In this document: positions 1-9,055 of the stretch, in pieces | Layout of the letters: the number at the start of each line of letters is the position of its first letter | Numbering within the stretch: position 1 is the stretch's first letter | Virus record (IMG/VR): IMGVR_UViG_3300011258_000777 | Location: 5,893-69,892 of that record | Origin: a virus | Strand: one strand, 5' to 3' | Length of the DNA: 64,000 nt | Translations under genes and position numbers: made by a program | The notes under the pieces: generated by a model | Told to the model about the DNA's origin: nothing | Databases searched by the model: none | What the model saw: only the letters and a program-made list of their open reading frames with translations

Positions 1-12
1 CGTAGAACTCCA

Positions 13-933
13 TCAGTCGTCCAGGGTCATAGATTGGTCGTAGGCTTTGTATTTCAACTTGGTTAATGTATCAAGGAGATCGTTGCGGCGCAACAACTTA
101 AATGCGATGTTCTCGGGGCTAAACTCCATAGCCTCCGTGTCGAGCCCTGCTTGCCTCATAGTGCGAATCTTTTTCTTCAAGCGGTCAACGTGCCTAATCA
201 CTTTTTCAAACTGACCACGGTCAAACATAGCGTCTATAGAGGCAATCTGTTGTTCTATGTCTGAGGCTTTCTTCTTGGCTGTGTCGAGATCGACCGAGCG
301 GTCTATTTGTTCGGGATGGTTTATCCACTCATCATCCATAACAGAGTAGACGCCAGAGGATGAATGCTCCTCGCCAACATCCTCAACATAAAGTTCTACT
401 TCATAGCCTTTGATAGTTATGTCGTGATGTTCATTCCAACGCAGGCGCTTGGCATCAAACATTTCCTTCACCAACTCTTTGTTGTCGTCCAACTCTTCAA
501 AGTCTATAACGATGTGGAGGTCTATGTCGGAATACTTTGACCAATTGTAGTTTGCGAGGGAGCCTGTGAACCTGAGATCTTGGATTGTTACGTTAAAAGG
601 TAAGCCATCAATGAAATCATTTGCGATCTCTGTTAGCTTCTTTCCGATGAATGCGCGTAGCTTCTCATCTTTCCAAAGACGGGGCTCCAACTGATCATTG
701 ATTTGGAATCCCTCGGGATCAACCTCAAGAACCTCCTCAAAACGATACTTATCAGTCCCAAATGAAACCTTGCCTTTGTAGGGATCGCTGGCTATCTGAC
801 CTTTGATACCCTTAGCTTGGGTATACATTTTGCCATTCTTCTTACGTTGATTCTTTAGTGCTCGCTGAGCGTCGTTCCCCATTATCTGTGAGGGGGGTGG
901 CTGTTTACGCTGGTCTACTTTCTTCTGGCTCAT
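13..933 (-). CDS. Pol-beta-superfamily nucleotidyltransferase-like protein
   Basis: Motif FTGSLANYNWSKYSDIDLH matches hGS-x(8-10)-DxD; third acidic residue likely in EVELYVED; basic N-terminal extension; GAGG RBS. Confidence 0.75.
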   Translation of the reverse strand: MSQKKVDQRKQPPPSQIMGNDAQRALKNQRKKNGKMYTQAKGIKGQIASDPYKGKVSFGTDKYRFEEVLEVDPEGFQINDQLEPRLWKDEKLRAFIGKKLTEIANDFIDGLPFNVTIQDLRFTGSLANYNWSKYSDIDLHIVIDFEELDDNKELVKEMFDAKRLRWNEHHDITIKGYEVELYVEDVGEEHSSSGVYSVMDDEWINHPEQIDRSVDLDTAKKKASDIEQQIASIDAMFDRGQFEKVIRHVDRLKKKIRTMRQAGLDTEAMEFSPENIAFKLLRRNDLLDTLTKLKYKAYDQSMTLDD

Positions 934-1279
934 TATTCTTTACCTCGCCTGTTGCTGTATAAATAGTCTGTCGCCCATCATCATAGGTGATAATTGTGCC
1001 GTTGGTTGGGTGAGAACTAACGTGAATCTTGATGAAGTCATCAAAATTATCAAAGAATGCGATGCTTCCTCTTGGGGCTGGCGTCAGCCAATGGATGACG
1101 GTGTGTCCTGTAGCAAACACACAACCCTCTATAACAACCCCCTCTCCCGAAATCCCTGTCTCGTCACTTTGACGACACACAGTGAAGGTGGTCATTCCCT
1201 GTTGGGCTTTGTTGGTTAGCTTTTTGGGCTTGAGATCTTCGATCTCCGTGCTAACTACCGCTGTAACTTCGGACATCAA
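905..1279 (-). CDS. hypothetical protein
   Basis: 124-aa ORF overlapping both neighbours in the minus-strand gene array. Confidence 0.6.
   Translation of the reverse strand: MMSEVTAVVSTEIEDLKPKKLTNKAQQGMTTFTVCRQSDETGISGEGVVIEGCVFATGHTVIHWLTPAPRGSIAFFDNFDDFIKIHVSSHPTNGTIITYDDGRQTIYTATGEVKNNEPEESRPA
960..966 (-). promoter_or_regulatory. CTATTTA putative late-promoter motif upstream of the nucleotidyltransferase gene
   Basis: Minus strand GACTATTTATAC 27 nt before the ATG at 933; same motif precedes virion genes. Confidence 0.55.
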
Positions 1280-1509
1280 GCGTCTCCTATTGGTTTTTGC
1301 TTTAATAAATCGTTTATGAAAAAGTTGTCGAGGGCATCCTGTATTGCCTTGTCGCCGTCTTGTTCGTCAGGACAAACTTCAGGTGATTCTTTCATCCTCC
1401 TGACCAGTTCTGCTATTTCTTTTTGTGCGTTGTGTAGGCACAAATCAATAGTGTCCAATTTGCCCTCTACTTGCTCGTAGGGGCTTTCCTTCTTATCTTC
1501 TTTTGACAT
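1276..1509 (-). CDS. hypothetical protein
   Basis: 77-aa ORF with GGAG RBS, ATGA overlap with the downstream gene. Confidence 0.55.
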   Translation of the reverse strand: MSKEDKKESPYEQVEGKLDTIDLCLHNAQKEIAELVRRMKESPEVCPDEQDGDKAIQDALDNFFINDLLKQKPIGDA

Positions 1510-1511
1510 TT

Positions 1512-2246
1512 TTACTCCGTTAAAGAACCGAAATCAATCTGCCAGATGGGGACTACGATTACAAAGTTGTTTAAAACCTGATAGCCGTACTCATTTGCTC
1601 CCACATCCAGCGCCATAATTATTCCGATTAGTTCTCCTCTTTCGTCAAACACGCCAGAGCCGGATGCTCCAGACCAAGCGTAAGTTTGCACCACTAAGTA
1701 GTCTCCAGTGAAGCCAGAGATGTTTCCAGTCCAAGTGGTAGGTCCTATACTATTAGGATAACCCGTGTAGTAAGTCTTGTCAAGGAGGTTGTAGCTCTTT
1801 TTCCAAGAACCAAGTGCTCGTGGAACTTTGATTGCCGTTCTTGTCGGCAGTTCCTCAACTTCAAAGATAGCATAATCTGAATCGCGATCAATCTTTACGA
1901 CTCTTTTGCAAATCTTGTAGTCCTTTATATGAAATATCATTAGGGTTTCGCATTCACTAATGATCCCGTGAGCAGAGGTTAAAACATAATACTTGTCCTC
2001 GAAAACAAAGTAGGTTCCGCTCAAAGAGGACACACTACCACTCTTCACATCCATAGAGACTACACGGACAGCAGAATTGACCGATCTTCTGATTGCCTGC
2101 TTCTGATTTATGTCGTAATGTTTTGAGACAGTTTGGTAACTATGGGGACTCTGTGGTTGTGGATGCAAAGAGAGCAAGGTTATAAGAAATAATCCAAAGA
2201 TGGCACCCAAGATTATGGTTCCTAAGCTACGGATTAATTTCTTCAT
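1512..2246 (-). CDS. membrane-anchored trypsin-like serine protease
   Basis: N-terminal hydrophobic helix; catalytic triad motifs LTSAHG, DYAI, GASGSG. Confidence 0.85.
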   Translation of the reverse strand: MKKLIRSLGTIILGAIFGLFLITLLSLHPQPQSPHSYQTVSKHYDINQKQAIRRSVNSAVRVVSMDVKSGSVSSLSGTYFVFEDKYYVLTSAHGIISECETLMIFHIKDYKICKRVVKIDRDSDYAIFEVEELPTRTAIKVPRALGSWKKSYNLLDKTYYTGYPNSIGPTTWTGNISGFTGDYLVVQTYAWSGASGSGVFDERGELIGIIMALDVGANEYGYQVLNNFVIVVPIWQIDFGSLTE

Positions 2247-2254
2247 CTGCTCTC

Positions 2255-5200
2255 CTAGACCTGCCTTTGATAAGAGATGAAAACTGGGACCTCTTCTACT
2301 CCTGCCTTGATTGCGTAACGCAAATCATCTTCATTTCCAGTTATCTTTGCTCTCCCGTTCTTGCCGATCGCTAAGTAAATAGGGTCGCGAGTACCATTCT
2401 GAATAAAATTCTGGTATCCTGCATCAAAATGATGTCCGTGCTTTCGGGGCTCTCTGCCGCAGAGATGTTTCAAGTCCTCAACAGGCATCATTACGCTGTA
2501 TCGCGTTAGGTTGTGGTTTGTTGGCTGATCATACATAACCCCACCCTCAACCCAGTCATCTATCAGATTTTGAATAGATGGGAGCGGAGTTGTTCTGCCG
2601 GGGGACTGCCTCATCGTTGAGTTGTAGTAAGACTCTTCAAGTGACTGCCTGCTTGAAGAAATCAATTCGGCTCGGTCTACCTTGTGGATACGAATTTTTG
2701 GACTAATCTTATGTATTTGTGGTAGAAGCACTTGTCTGACCCACTCTAATCTGTTCTTTTGCCCACGGAGAGCAAACTTTAGGCGCTGGAGTGATAGTGT
2801 TCTGTTGCCTTGTGATCTTTTTGCGTTACCAACGGTTCTAACAGTCGTTACATCAGGGATCGCACGGATAATGTTGTGAATGTCGGTAATTTCAAAGCCT
2901 TGACCAAGAGGATAAGACATAACATAGTCAATCTCGTAGAGTCTCACATCAAGCGGATTGCCTGCTTCTTGTAGCGACTCTCCTTGATCTTCAGCATCCC
3001 ACTTGGCTAGCTGATCTTTGATTGGTCCTGCGACTGCTTTTTTCATAGTTTCGATCAACATACCCAAGCGTTGTAGGAAATTAGCGTAGCCTTCTGCGCT
3101 TTCACGAGAAACCTCTGGGTTGAGAATTGCTGCTGAATTTATAAAGTCAACAAATGAGGGATTCAATCCATCCACTATCATCCAGAACCTTGAATCTGCC
3201 TTCTTGGCAGAGTCGATCCTCGCGCTTCGTCCGGCACCGAGGACGCGGATAGCTCTACTAGCATCGCCGGCTGCGACAAAGGAGATGCCCAAATTAGGAT
3301 TTTTAGTTGATAGTAGTTCAGACGAGTCTGTTATTTTTATCAATTCCAGAATGACCTGCGTGTCGGAGTCGTTCTGATTGGAGCCGGACCAGATCAGTTG
3401 TTCCTTACTTGGCTTAAATGGCAATTCTATTGCAATTATATCAGTCTCCTGTTGCCAGAAGACTCTGGGCTGATGCCCCACCATCTCACCACCTACCAGC
3501 AAGCGGTTGGTTGGAGTGTTTTCTCCATAAACTTCATTGAATTTCTGTAGTTTCTCATTACAAGCAACTCGTAATTCTTCTTTTGCTTCTGGTAAACTAT
3601 CATCTTCAAGATCGCTGGTGATCCCCGTCTCTTGAGTGAGGTATCTTGCTAACTTCTCGAAAGATTCTTTCGAGTTGCCGTATTTCCCAAGTTCATCATT
3701 ATGAACGGCTCCAGTTAGATTCACAAACTCTGCGATGTGTTTCCAAAACTGCTCTAGTGGAGCGTCGTTGCCGCGTCCTTTGATTTGGTAGATTGTTTTT
3801 TTAATACCTGGATTGTAAGAAATTGTTACATAAGACCTAGATTCTTTTTTGCCCTCGTCTTTCTTTCGGAGTGAGTAGAGGCTCCCCCACATACCCATAC
3901 CGCAGTGCCCCATCCTCTCGCCCTCGTTTTTACATCTTGAAGTCTTGAGATCATACCAGTAAGATCCATCATCAAATCTGTGGATAATCTGGTCTGGGTT
4001 TTCGATTTTTGCTTGGTATTCCTCCATTGCCTCGTTCGCCGCAGACCAATCCCAGTCGGGGAAGTCTTTTATCATTTCGTAGTTGTTGGGGTTTTGATTT
4101 AGAGTAGTGACCACGCTGTTTATTCTTTCTTTGAGAAAGTATTTCAAAGTCCCTTGTAGTCCTCTATCAACTAATCGTAGAATCTTATCTGTTATTGTCT
4201 GATCAGCACCGAGCTTGCTCGCTGCTTTTACGAAAGACTTGCGAGCCTTAATAACTTGTTTTATGTTTCCCGTGCGAAGGGCACGATCAAGATTCAAAAA
4301 AGGATTCGCTTCGGGATTGTCCCCAAACTGAAAGAGTTTGTAGTGCTCATCAACAAGAGTAATAAGTTCTGCTAGCATCCGATCTCTGGCAGGACCTAAG
4401 ATGGCGTATTTTTTAAAAGCATTACCGACCCAAACGCGACCTTTCTCGCTTGCTTCGGGCAGAAACTCCGTAATCAGACCAACCAAGTCATCAGGCAGTC
4501 CGATGTCGGCTAAGCCTTCTGTGATCAATCCCTCTTCAACAGGTAGACTTGTGTCTGAGCCTGTTCTCTGTTGGTAAACTTCTTCTGCTTTCTTCACTTC
4601 TGCTCTGACGCCCTTCTGGAAACCCTTGATCATCACATCAAAGTGATTATCGTAGTATTCGATGTAAGGTCCGAGAACAGGGAAAGTGTTCTTGTCCATA
4701 ATAATTGTAATCTTGTAATTAATAGAGGGTGGCGTTCCCTTGCCTGCTGGGGTTGTGGTGATACCAATGAAGGCACCTTGTTCTATGATCTCAAATGCCT
4801 TATCAAAAGTATCTTCAGGAATTTGTTCGTATTTCTCTCCAAAGTTCAGTTTCATCTGGTTTTTGGCGAAAGCCTTGGCTCGGCTGTCGTGTGTAAACAC
4901 GGTGTCCAAGAACTCGTGTCTTAGAGCATGACCCCAGTAAGATCCGTTTTCTTGTCTAAAGAGCGATTGATTGAATCCAACCTGCTTGAGTGCCTGCATT
5001 TGCTCTTCGGTCGCCTTAAACAAAACACCAGAAGCAAACAATTCTATCACATCTCTTTTTGCTTTGGTTGAAGTTGCGACCGTAAAGTTGTTGAATTCTT
5101 CCTCAACCTTGTCGATGTATCCCTTGTAATCGGGGCGCTTTGTGAGGTTCTTTGAGATTAGGAGATCTTCGATTGCATCAAGTGAGTCGTCAAGATCGTC

Positions 5201-6727
5201 AACCAATTCGTTGACGACTTCATACCATTCTTCGAATGCATCTGCGTCGGTGATGTCGAAGTTGTCAGCAGCGTATTCTGCTAATGCTTGACTAATGTCC
5301 CAAAGAACAACGTAAGTATCAGAACCTTTTGTCAATTGCTCTCGGTCTTCTCTCATTAGTCTCGACATGTTGTCGGCTTTAAGGAATGCCTGTGCGTAGT
5401 TGTCTGCCTTGACCAAGTAAGCATAAGCCTGACTGTAGTGGTGTGCGTCTCTTATAATGTCGTTTCTATCTTCTTCTTGGACGATCTTCATTATTGCTTC
5501 TTCTATTTCGTCGCCAAGAGCAAGGTCTTGGGGGTCTTCGGAGCCAACAGCGAAAAAAGTACGCATCTTTTCTTCAGACAAATCAAATGGTAGCTTGGAA
5601 GCAATGGAACTTACACTAGCACCCCACACAGGGGTGTCGCCATCAAATCCATCTAGTACATCAGTCGAAACACCATCAAAGTCTACCTGCTGGAAATAAT
5701 CTGTACCTCTCCAGCTATTCTCAAGGCGTTCTACTTGTTCTCTGAACTCCTCCAACCTTTTCTCGAATGAACCCTCGAAAGAAATGCTGGTGTTATTATT
5801 AAGCCATTGTCCCATTTCTTCAAAGCCCTCTACGTCATTAGAATACTCGCCAGTTTCTTCTAATTTCTCTGCGCCTGTAATCTCAATGAACTTTGCAACG
5901 TGATTCCATAGTTCTGATGGCGGTGCTGAGTTCTGGCGACCCTTGATTTGGTAGATGGTTTCGTTTTGGGTGTTGTAGGCAATAGTGATGTAAGACTTAG
6001 AGGCTTTCTTGCCCTCTTCTTTTTTGCGTAGTGAGTAAAGCGTGCCCCGTTCATCTCCGCCGCAGTGACCCATTCTATCACCTTCCATGCTGCACTGGTA
6101 ACTGTCGAGGTCATACCAGTATGAGCCATCCTTGAATACGTGCATAATTTTATCAGGGTCTTCCTGTGTTTTCTGGAAATCAAAACACTCTTTTTCAGCT
6201 TGTTGATAATCGCTGGGAGGAATGTCTTTGATTAACTGATAATTGTTTGGGTTCTGGTTGAGAGTAACGATAACATTCTCAATGCGACTGATAAACCAAT
6301 TCCAAGTTCTCTTTTCAAGAACTTTAAAATCAATCAGCACTTGTCTGGCTGCGTCATCGGGAAAATTAAATTTCAGCACATTTTTGGCGAACTTGCGCTT
6401 TGCCTTTGGCCACTTACCAGCAGGCTGTGTTGTGTAGGTGCTTATCAGGTCAAGCAAGATGTTGTTATCTCCGCGATGGAATGCGTCCAGGGTGGCTCCC
6501 GCCGTCGCGTTTCTGAGATAACCCTCAAACCAGCCATAGTTGGAAATTCTCTTTCCATCAAGAGACTTCCAAGCAGCACCAACCCACATACGACCTTTCT
6601 CGCTTGCTTCGGGCAGCGCAGCCTCTATCTCTTTTTGGATCATCTCATCCAATCCAATGTCGGCTAAGCCTTCGGTGAGTACCTCTCCTCTTATGTGTTT
6701 AAACCATTTATCAGTCGCAAAAGACAT
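2255..6727 (-). CDS. large multidomain protein with two tandem PcfJ-like modules and a C-terminal ParB/Srx-like region
   Basis: Two copies of EGxRMGHCG...LYSLR...SYxTIxY...IYQIKGRxNxAP; C-terminal DPIYLAIGKNG...LRYAIKAGVEEVPVF; start placed at ATG 6727 behind GGAG. Confidence 0.7.
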   Translation of the reverse strand: MSFATDKWFKHIRGEVLTEGLADIGLDEMIQKEIEAALPEASEKGRMWVGAAWKSLDGKRISNYGWFEGYLRNATAGATLDAFHRGDNNILLDLISTYTTQPAGKWPKAKRKFAKNVLKFNFPDDAARQVLIDFKVLEKRTWNWFISRIENVIVTLNQNPNNYQLIKDIPPSDYQQAEKECFDFQKTQEDPDKIMHVFKDGSYWYDLDSYQCSMEGDRMGHCGGDERGTLYSLRKKEEGKKASKSYITIAYNTQNETIYQIKGRQNSAPPSELWNHVAKFIEITGAEKLEETGEYSNDVEGFEEMGQWLNNNTSISFEGSFEKRLEEFREQVERLENSWRGTDYFQQVDFDGVSTDVLDGFDGDTPVWGASVSSIASKLPFDLSEEKMRTFFAVGSEDPQDLALGDEIEEAIMKIVQEEDRNDIIRDAHHYSQAYAYLVKADNYAQAFLKADNMSRLMREDREQLTKGSDTYVVLWDISQALAEYAADNFDITDADAFEEWYEVVNELVDDLDDSLDAIEDLLISKNLTKRPDYKGYIDKVEEEFNNFTVATSTKAKRDVIELFASGVLFKATEEQMQALKQVGFNQSLFRQENGSYWGHALRHEFLDTVFTHDSRAKAFAKNQMKLNFGEKYEQIPEDTFDKAFEIIEQGAFIGITTTPAGKGTPPSINYKITIIMDKNTFPVLGPYIEYYDNHFDVMIKGFQKGVRAEVKKAEEVYQQRTGSDTSLPVEEGLITEGLADIGLPDDLVGLITEFLPEASEKGRVWVGNAFKKYAILGPARDRMLAELITLVDEHYKLFQFGDNPEANPFLNLDRALRTGNIKQVIKARKSFVKAASKLGADQTITDKILRLVDRGLQGTLKYFLKERINSVVTTLNQNPNNYEMIKDFPDWDWSAANEAMEEYQAKIENPDQIIHRFDDGSYWYDLKTSRCKNEGERMGHCGMGMWGSLYSLRKKDEGKKESRSYVTISYNPGIKKTIYQIKGRGNDAPLEQFWKHIAEFVNLTGAVHNDELGKYGNSKESFEKLARYLTQETGITSDLEDDSLPEAKEELRVACNEKLQKFNEVYGENTPTNRLLVGGEMVGHQPRVFWQQETDIIAIELPFKPSKEQLIWSGSNQNDSDTQVILELIKITDSSELLSTKNPNLGISFVAAGDASRAIRVLGAGRSARIDSAKKADSRFWMIVDGLNPSFVDFINSAAILNPEVSRESAEGYANFLQRLGMLIETMKKAVAGPIKDQLAKWDAEDQGESLQEAGNPLDVRLYEIDYVMSYPLGQGFEITDIHNIIRAIPDVTTVRTVGNAKRSQGNRTLSLQRLKFALRGQKNRLEWVRQVLLPQIHKISPKIRIHKVDRAELISSSRQSLEESYYNSTMRQSPGRTTPLPSIQNLIDDWVEGGVMYDQPTNHNLTRYSVMMPVEDLKHLCGREPRKHGHHFDAGYQNFIQNGTRDPIYLAIGKNGRAKITGNEDDLRYAIKAGVEEVPVFISYQRQV
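3620..6680 (-). repeat. intragenic tandem duplication (copies at about 6680-5780 and 4525-3620)
   Basis: TEGLADIGL...LPEASEKGRxWVG repeated; identical 26-nt block cgacctttctcgcttgcttcgggcag at 4437-4462 and 6591-6616. Confidence 0.9.
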
Positions 6728-6747
6728 TATTTTCTCCAATAACGCTA

Positions 6748-6754
6748 TAAATAG
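6748..6754 (-). promoter_or_regulatory. CTATTTA putative late-promoter motif upstream of the 1490-aa gene
   Basis: AACTATTTATAG in the short intergenic gap before GGAG-ATG. Confidence 0.6.
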
Positions 6755-6765
6755 TTTTGTTTTTT

Positions 6766-7098
6766 CTATTTCCTACCATAGTCATCTTCTAATCTCACAA
6801 CATCATCAAGGTGCGGGGTGCTAACTTCCATAATCTCAACATCGCTCTCGTTTGCTCCAAAACGATGGACCTGTAGAGGAATTACGTGAAAGCTCTGACC
6901 AGGGGACAACTTGGTTATCCCACCTTTTCCATCATAAACGTAAAGAGTCCCAGAGAGCACATAAACAGTCTCTTCTTTTATCTCGTGGTATTGAAGGGAT
7001 AGTCGGTGACCGGCGTTGATGTGTAGCAACTTACCAACATAATCATCAGTTTCTGCCCAGATCAACTCGTGACCCCATTTCTTTTCTACTTTTCTCAT
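6766..7098 (-). CDS. cupin-domain protein (mannose-6-phosphate isomerase C-terminal-like)
   Basis: KKWGHE...LSLQYHEIKEET...VHRF cupin metal-binding motifs. Confidence 0.8.
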   Translation of the reverse strand: MRKVEKKWGHELIWAETDDYVGKLLHINAGHRLSLQYHEIKEETVYVLSGTLYVYDGKGGITKLSPGQSFHVIPLQVHRFGANESDVEIMEVSTPHLDDVVRLEDDYGRK

Positions 7099-7442
7099 TT
7101 GAACCTCATTTGGATGTATACAATAGCAAACGCCAGTAGTGTGGATGCGATGTTCTTGAATGTAAAGAACGATTCATTCATAAAATAATAGAACAAAATC
7201 GGCATCACAAAGAACGAAAGAGAGAAGATGTAGAACCTTGGTCCCCATCCTGACTCAAAGAACTCGTAAGCATACTTGATTCCGTAAATAAAACATAATG
7301 CTGCCGGTATTGCTGTTATGAGTGCTATAGCGACAGGGTGTTGTGCTGCCCACTCCCATACAAACTGTGAATATGAACTAAACCAAGTTATGGTCTGTCC
7401 AAAAACAAACAGAATTGTTGCAAATATTAGTTTATCATACAT
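7095..7442 (-). CDS. small four-helix membrane protein (DMT/SMR-like)
   Basis: 115 aa with about four hydrophobic segments; family is inference. Confidence 0.6.
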   Translation of the reverse strand: MYDKLIFATILFVFGQTITWFSSYSQFVWEWAAQHPVAIALITAIPAALCFIYGIKYAYEFFESGWGPRFYIFSLSFFVMPILFYYFMNESFFTFKNIASTLLAFAIVYIQMRFK

Positions 7443-8193
7443 TGTGTAAAATTATTTCCTTTGCTTTGTCTTCAGTTGTTATCTTACCTGATTCATCCAA
7501 GAAAGTCAAATTGAATTTGTTTTTATAGGTTTTGAGTCTCGGATGAAAATCATAAACAACCATAGTGGTCTTGTCGCTTATAGATAGGGTTTCAAGTAGT
7601 TTATTATGGTTAAATTTTGTTTCTTCCAAACACTCTGTCGCTCCGTGCTCAAACAAGTTGAAAGAGAACTTACCAGCGTGAAGAAAGATGTGTGTTGCCT
7701 CCTCTACAACACCCACAGTTTCCTCCATTTTTTTAGTTGGACTACCGATTAGGTGAAAGTTTTTTGGAGCAAACTGGCGCAAGTCATTGGTTGCAAACGG
7801 ATTGTAATTCTTGGTGTCGAACTCTCCGTGTGTGATCATCCCAAGAGCACTGCATCTGTTAAGAAGAAAGAAGAACGCAGACCGAACATAAGGATCTTTG
7901 TAACGTGCCCAGTCTTTCTGTAGAATGTCGAAAGTTTGTTCACTCAAAGAAGGGAACAGGTGGTTTGCTATTTCGGCTATTCTCTTTGGATTTTCCATCG
8001 CACACGCCCAAAACTCGTAAACGACGTATTTCGAGGCGTTAGCGACAACAAACCTGTCGTCTTCCGCAAGATTAAACTCAAGAGAACCATCATAGAACAA
8101 ATGACTCTCTACAATCGAGCCCTTGGGGATAATCTGCTTAACTGCCGAGAGACTATTCGTTGTCTTCTTCAGGTTTTTGATTGGACTGCGCAT
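7435..8193 (-). CDS. degenerate Dam-like (D12 class) adenine methyltransferase paralogue
   Basis: MRSPI start and SAFFFLLNR resemble the intact Dam at 10634; FxGGG reads FYDGS and DPPY is absent. Confidence 0.6.
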   Translation of the reverse strand: MRSPIKNLKKTTNSLSAVKQIIPKGSIVESHLFYDGSLEFNLAEDDRFVVANASKYVVYEFWACAMENPKRIAEIANHLFPSLSEQTFDILQKDWARYKDPYVRSAFFFLLNRCSALGMITHGEFDTKNYNPFATNDLRQFAPKNFHLIGSPTKKMEETVGVVEEATHIFLHAGKFSFNLFEHGATECLEETKFNHNKLLETLSISDKTTMVVYDFHPRLKTYKNKFNLTFLDESGKITTEDKAKEIILHNV

Positions 8194-8539
8194 CGAGCAA
8201 CTCCTTAAACTTGGCTATCTTGTCTTCCAGATGTTCTACTTCCACCTCTTCCGCCTCGCTCGGAGAATCAGGTTGCTCTTGTTGCGGTGGTGACGACTTA
8301 TAGTGAACGTAGCCCTGGACAATGTTTTGCACGTCTGCGAGAGACGTGTCTACCTGGGCAAGATTTTGTCGAAGTTCATCAACCATTCGTAACCCTTCGA
8401 GATCTAAGGGGACGTAGCCACTCCCCCAACCGGAACCAATGTCTTCAAGTTGTGTGACTGCTTTTTTAAAGAGTCTCGCGACCTCTTCATCAAGCTCGTC
8501 AATCTCAACAGAATACTGAATGTTTACTCTTTGTCCCAT
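8153..8539 (-). CDS. hypothetical coiled-coil protein
   Basis: 128-aa ORF in the operon. Confidence 0.6.
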   Translation of the reverse strand: MGQRVNIQYSVEIDELDEEVARLFKKAVTQLEDIGSGWGSGYVPLDLEGLRMVDELRQNLAQVDTSLADVQNIVQGYVHYKSSPPQQEQPDSPSEAEEVEVEHLEDKIAKFKELLDAQSNQKPEEDNE

Positions 8540-8541
8540 TA

Positions 8542-8838
8542 TTACCCCTTAAGGATGTAATTGCGCTTGTTTAGTGCTGATTCAACTGCGTCGGGGTCGC
8601 CGATGACCGTGATCTCAGTACCAGTTGTTCCCTTGTCGATTGTAATCTTTGAGAAGCGGTGCTCTTTGTCGAGACCTTCTGTGAGCAATCCGTTCTCATT
8701 TAGATTGCGAAGACCATGTTCCTCTCTCACCATTACAACGTGCTCTGGGTTTACAAACACTTCTCGCAGTGAATAACGGCGACCAGTTGTTACGGCACCT
8801 GTTCCACAAATCTCAGTTAGTCTAACTAGCATTTTCAA
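8542..8838 (-). CDS. hypothetical protein (weak FlbD-like appearance)
   Basis: MLVRLT...VFVNPEHVVMV pattern; ATG probably at 8832 behind GGAG. Confidence 0.55.
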   Translation of the reverse strand: MKMLVRLTEICGTGAVTTGRRYSLREVFVNPEHVVMVREEHGLRNLNENGLLTEGLDKEHRFSKITIDKGTTGTEITVIGDPDAVESALNKRNYILKG

Positions 8839-9055
8839 ACTCCTGTGTAATTGGATAAATCTCTTTCATTCTAACACTCCACACCTTCTGTCTATAATAG
8901 ATATATCCCCAGCGTGGTTCCTTCGAGTCTTCCTCCCAGAATAAGGCACGGATAGGTTTTGGGCATCTTAGGTAGCCATCTCCGCTCTCTATTTTATTCT
9001 TATTTCCTAAGAGTAAGACTCCTTGCGGAATGTGAACTAAATCGCCTCTAGTCAT
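8822..9055 (-). CDS. hypothetical protein
   Basis: Start moved to ATG 9055, which overlaps the groEL stop (ATGA). Confidence 0.5.
   Translation of the reverse strand: MTRGDLVHIPQGVLLLGNKNKIESGDGYLRCPKPIRALFWEEDSKEPRWGYIYYRQKVWSVRMKEIYPITQEFENAS

Noticed and set aside
3620-6680. Duplication as a diversity-generating retroelement TR/VR pair or an assembly artefact
   Set aside because: Both copies are in frame within one ORF and broadly diverged at all bases, not only at adenines. No reverse transcriptase was seen.
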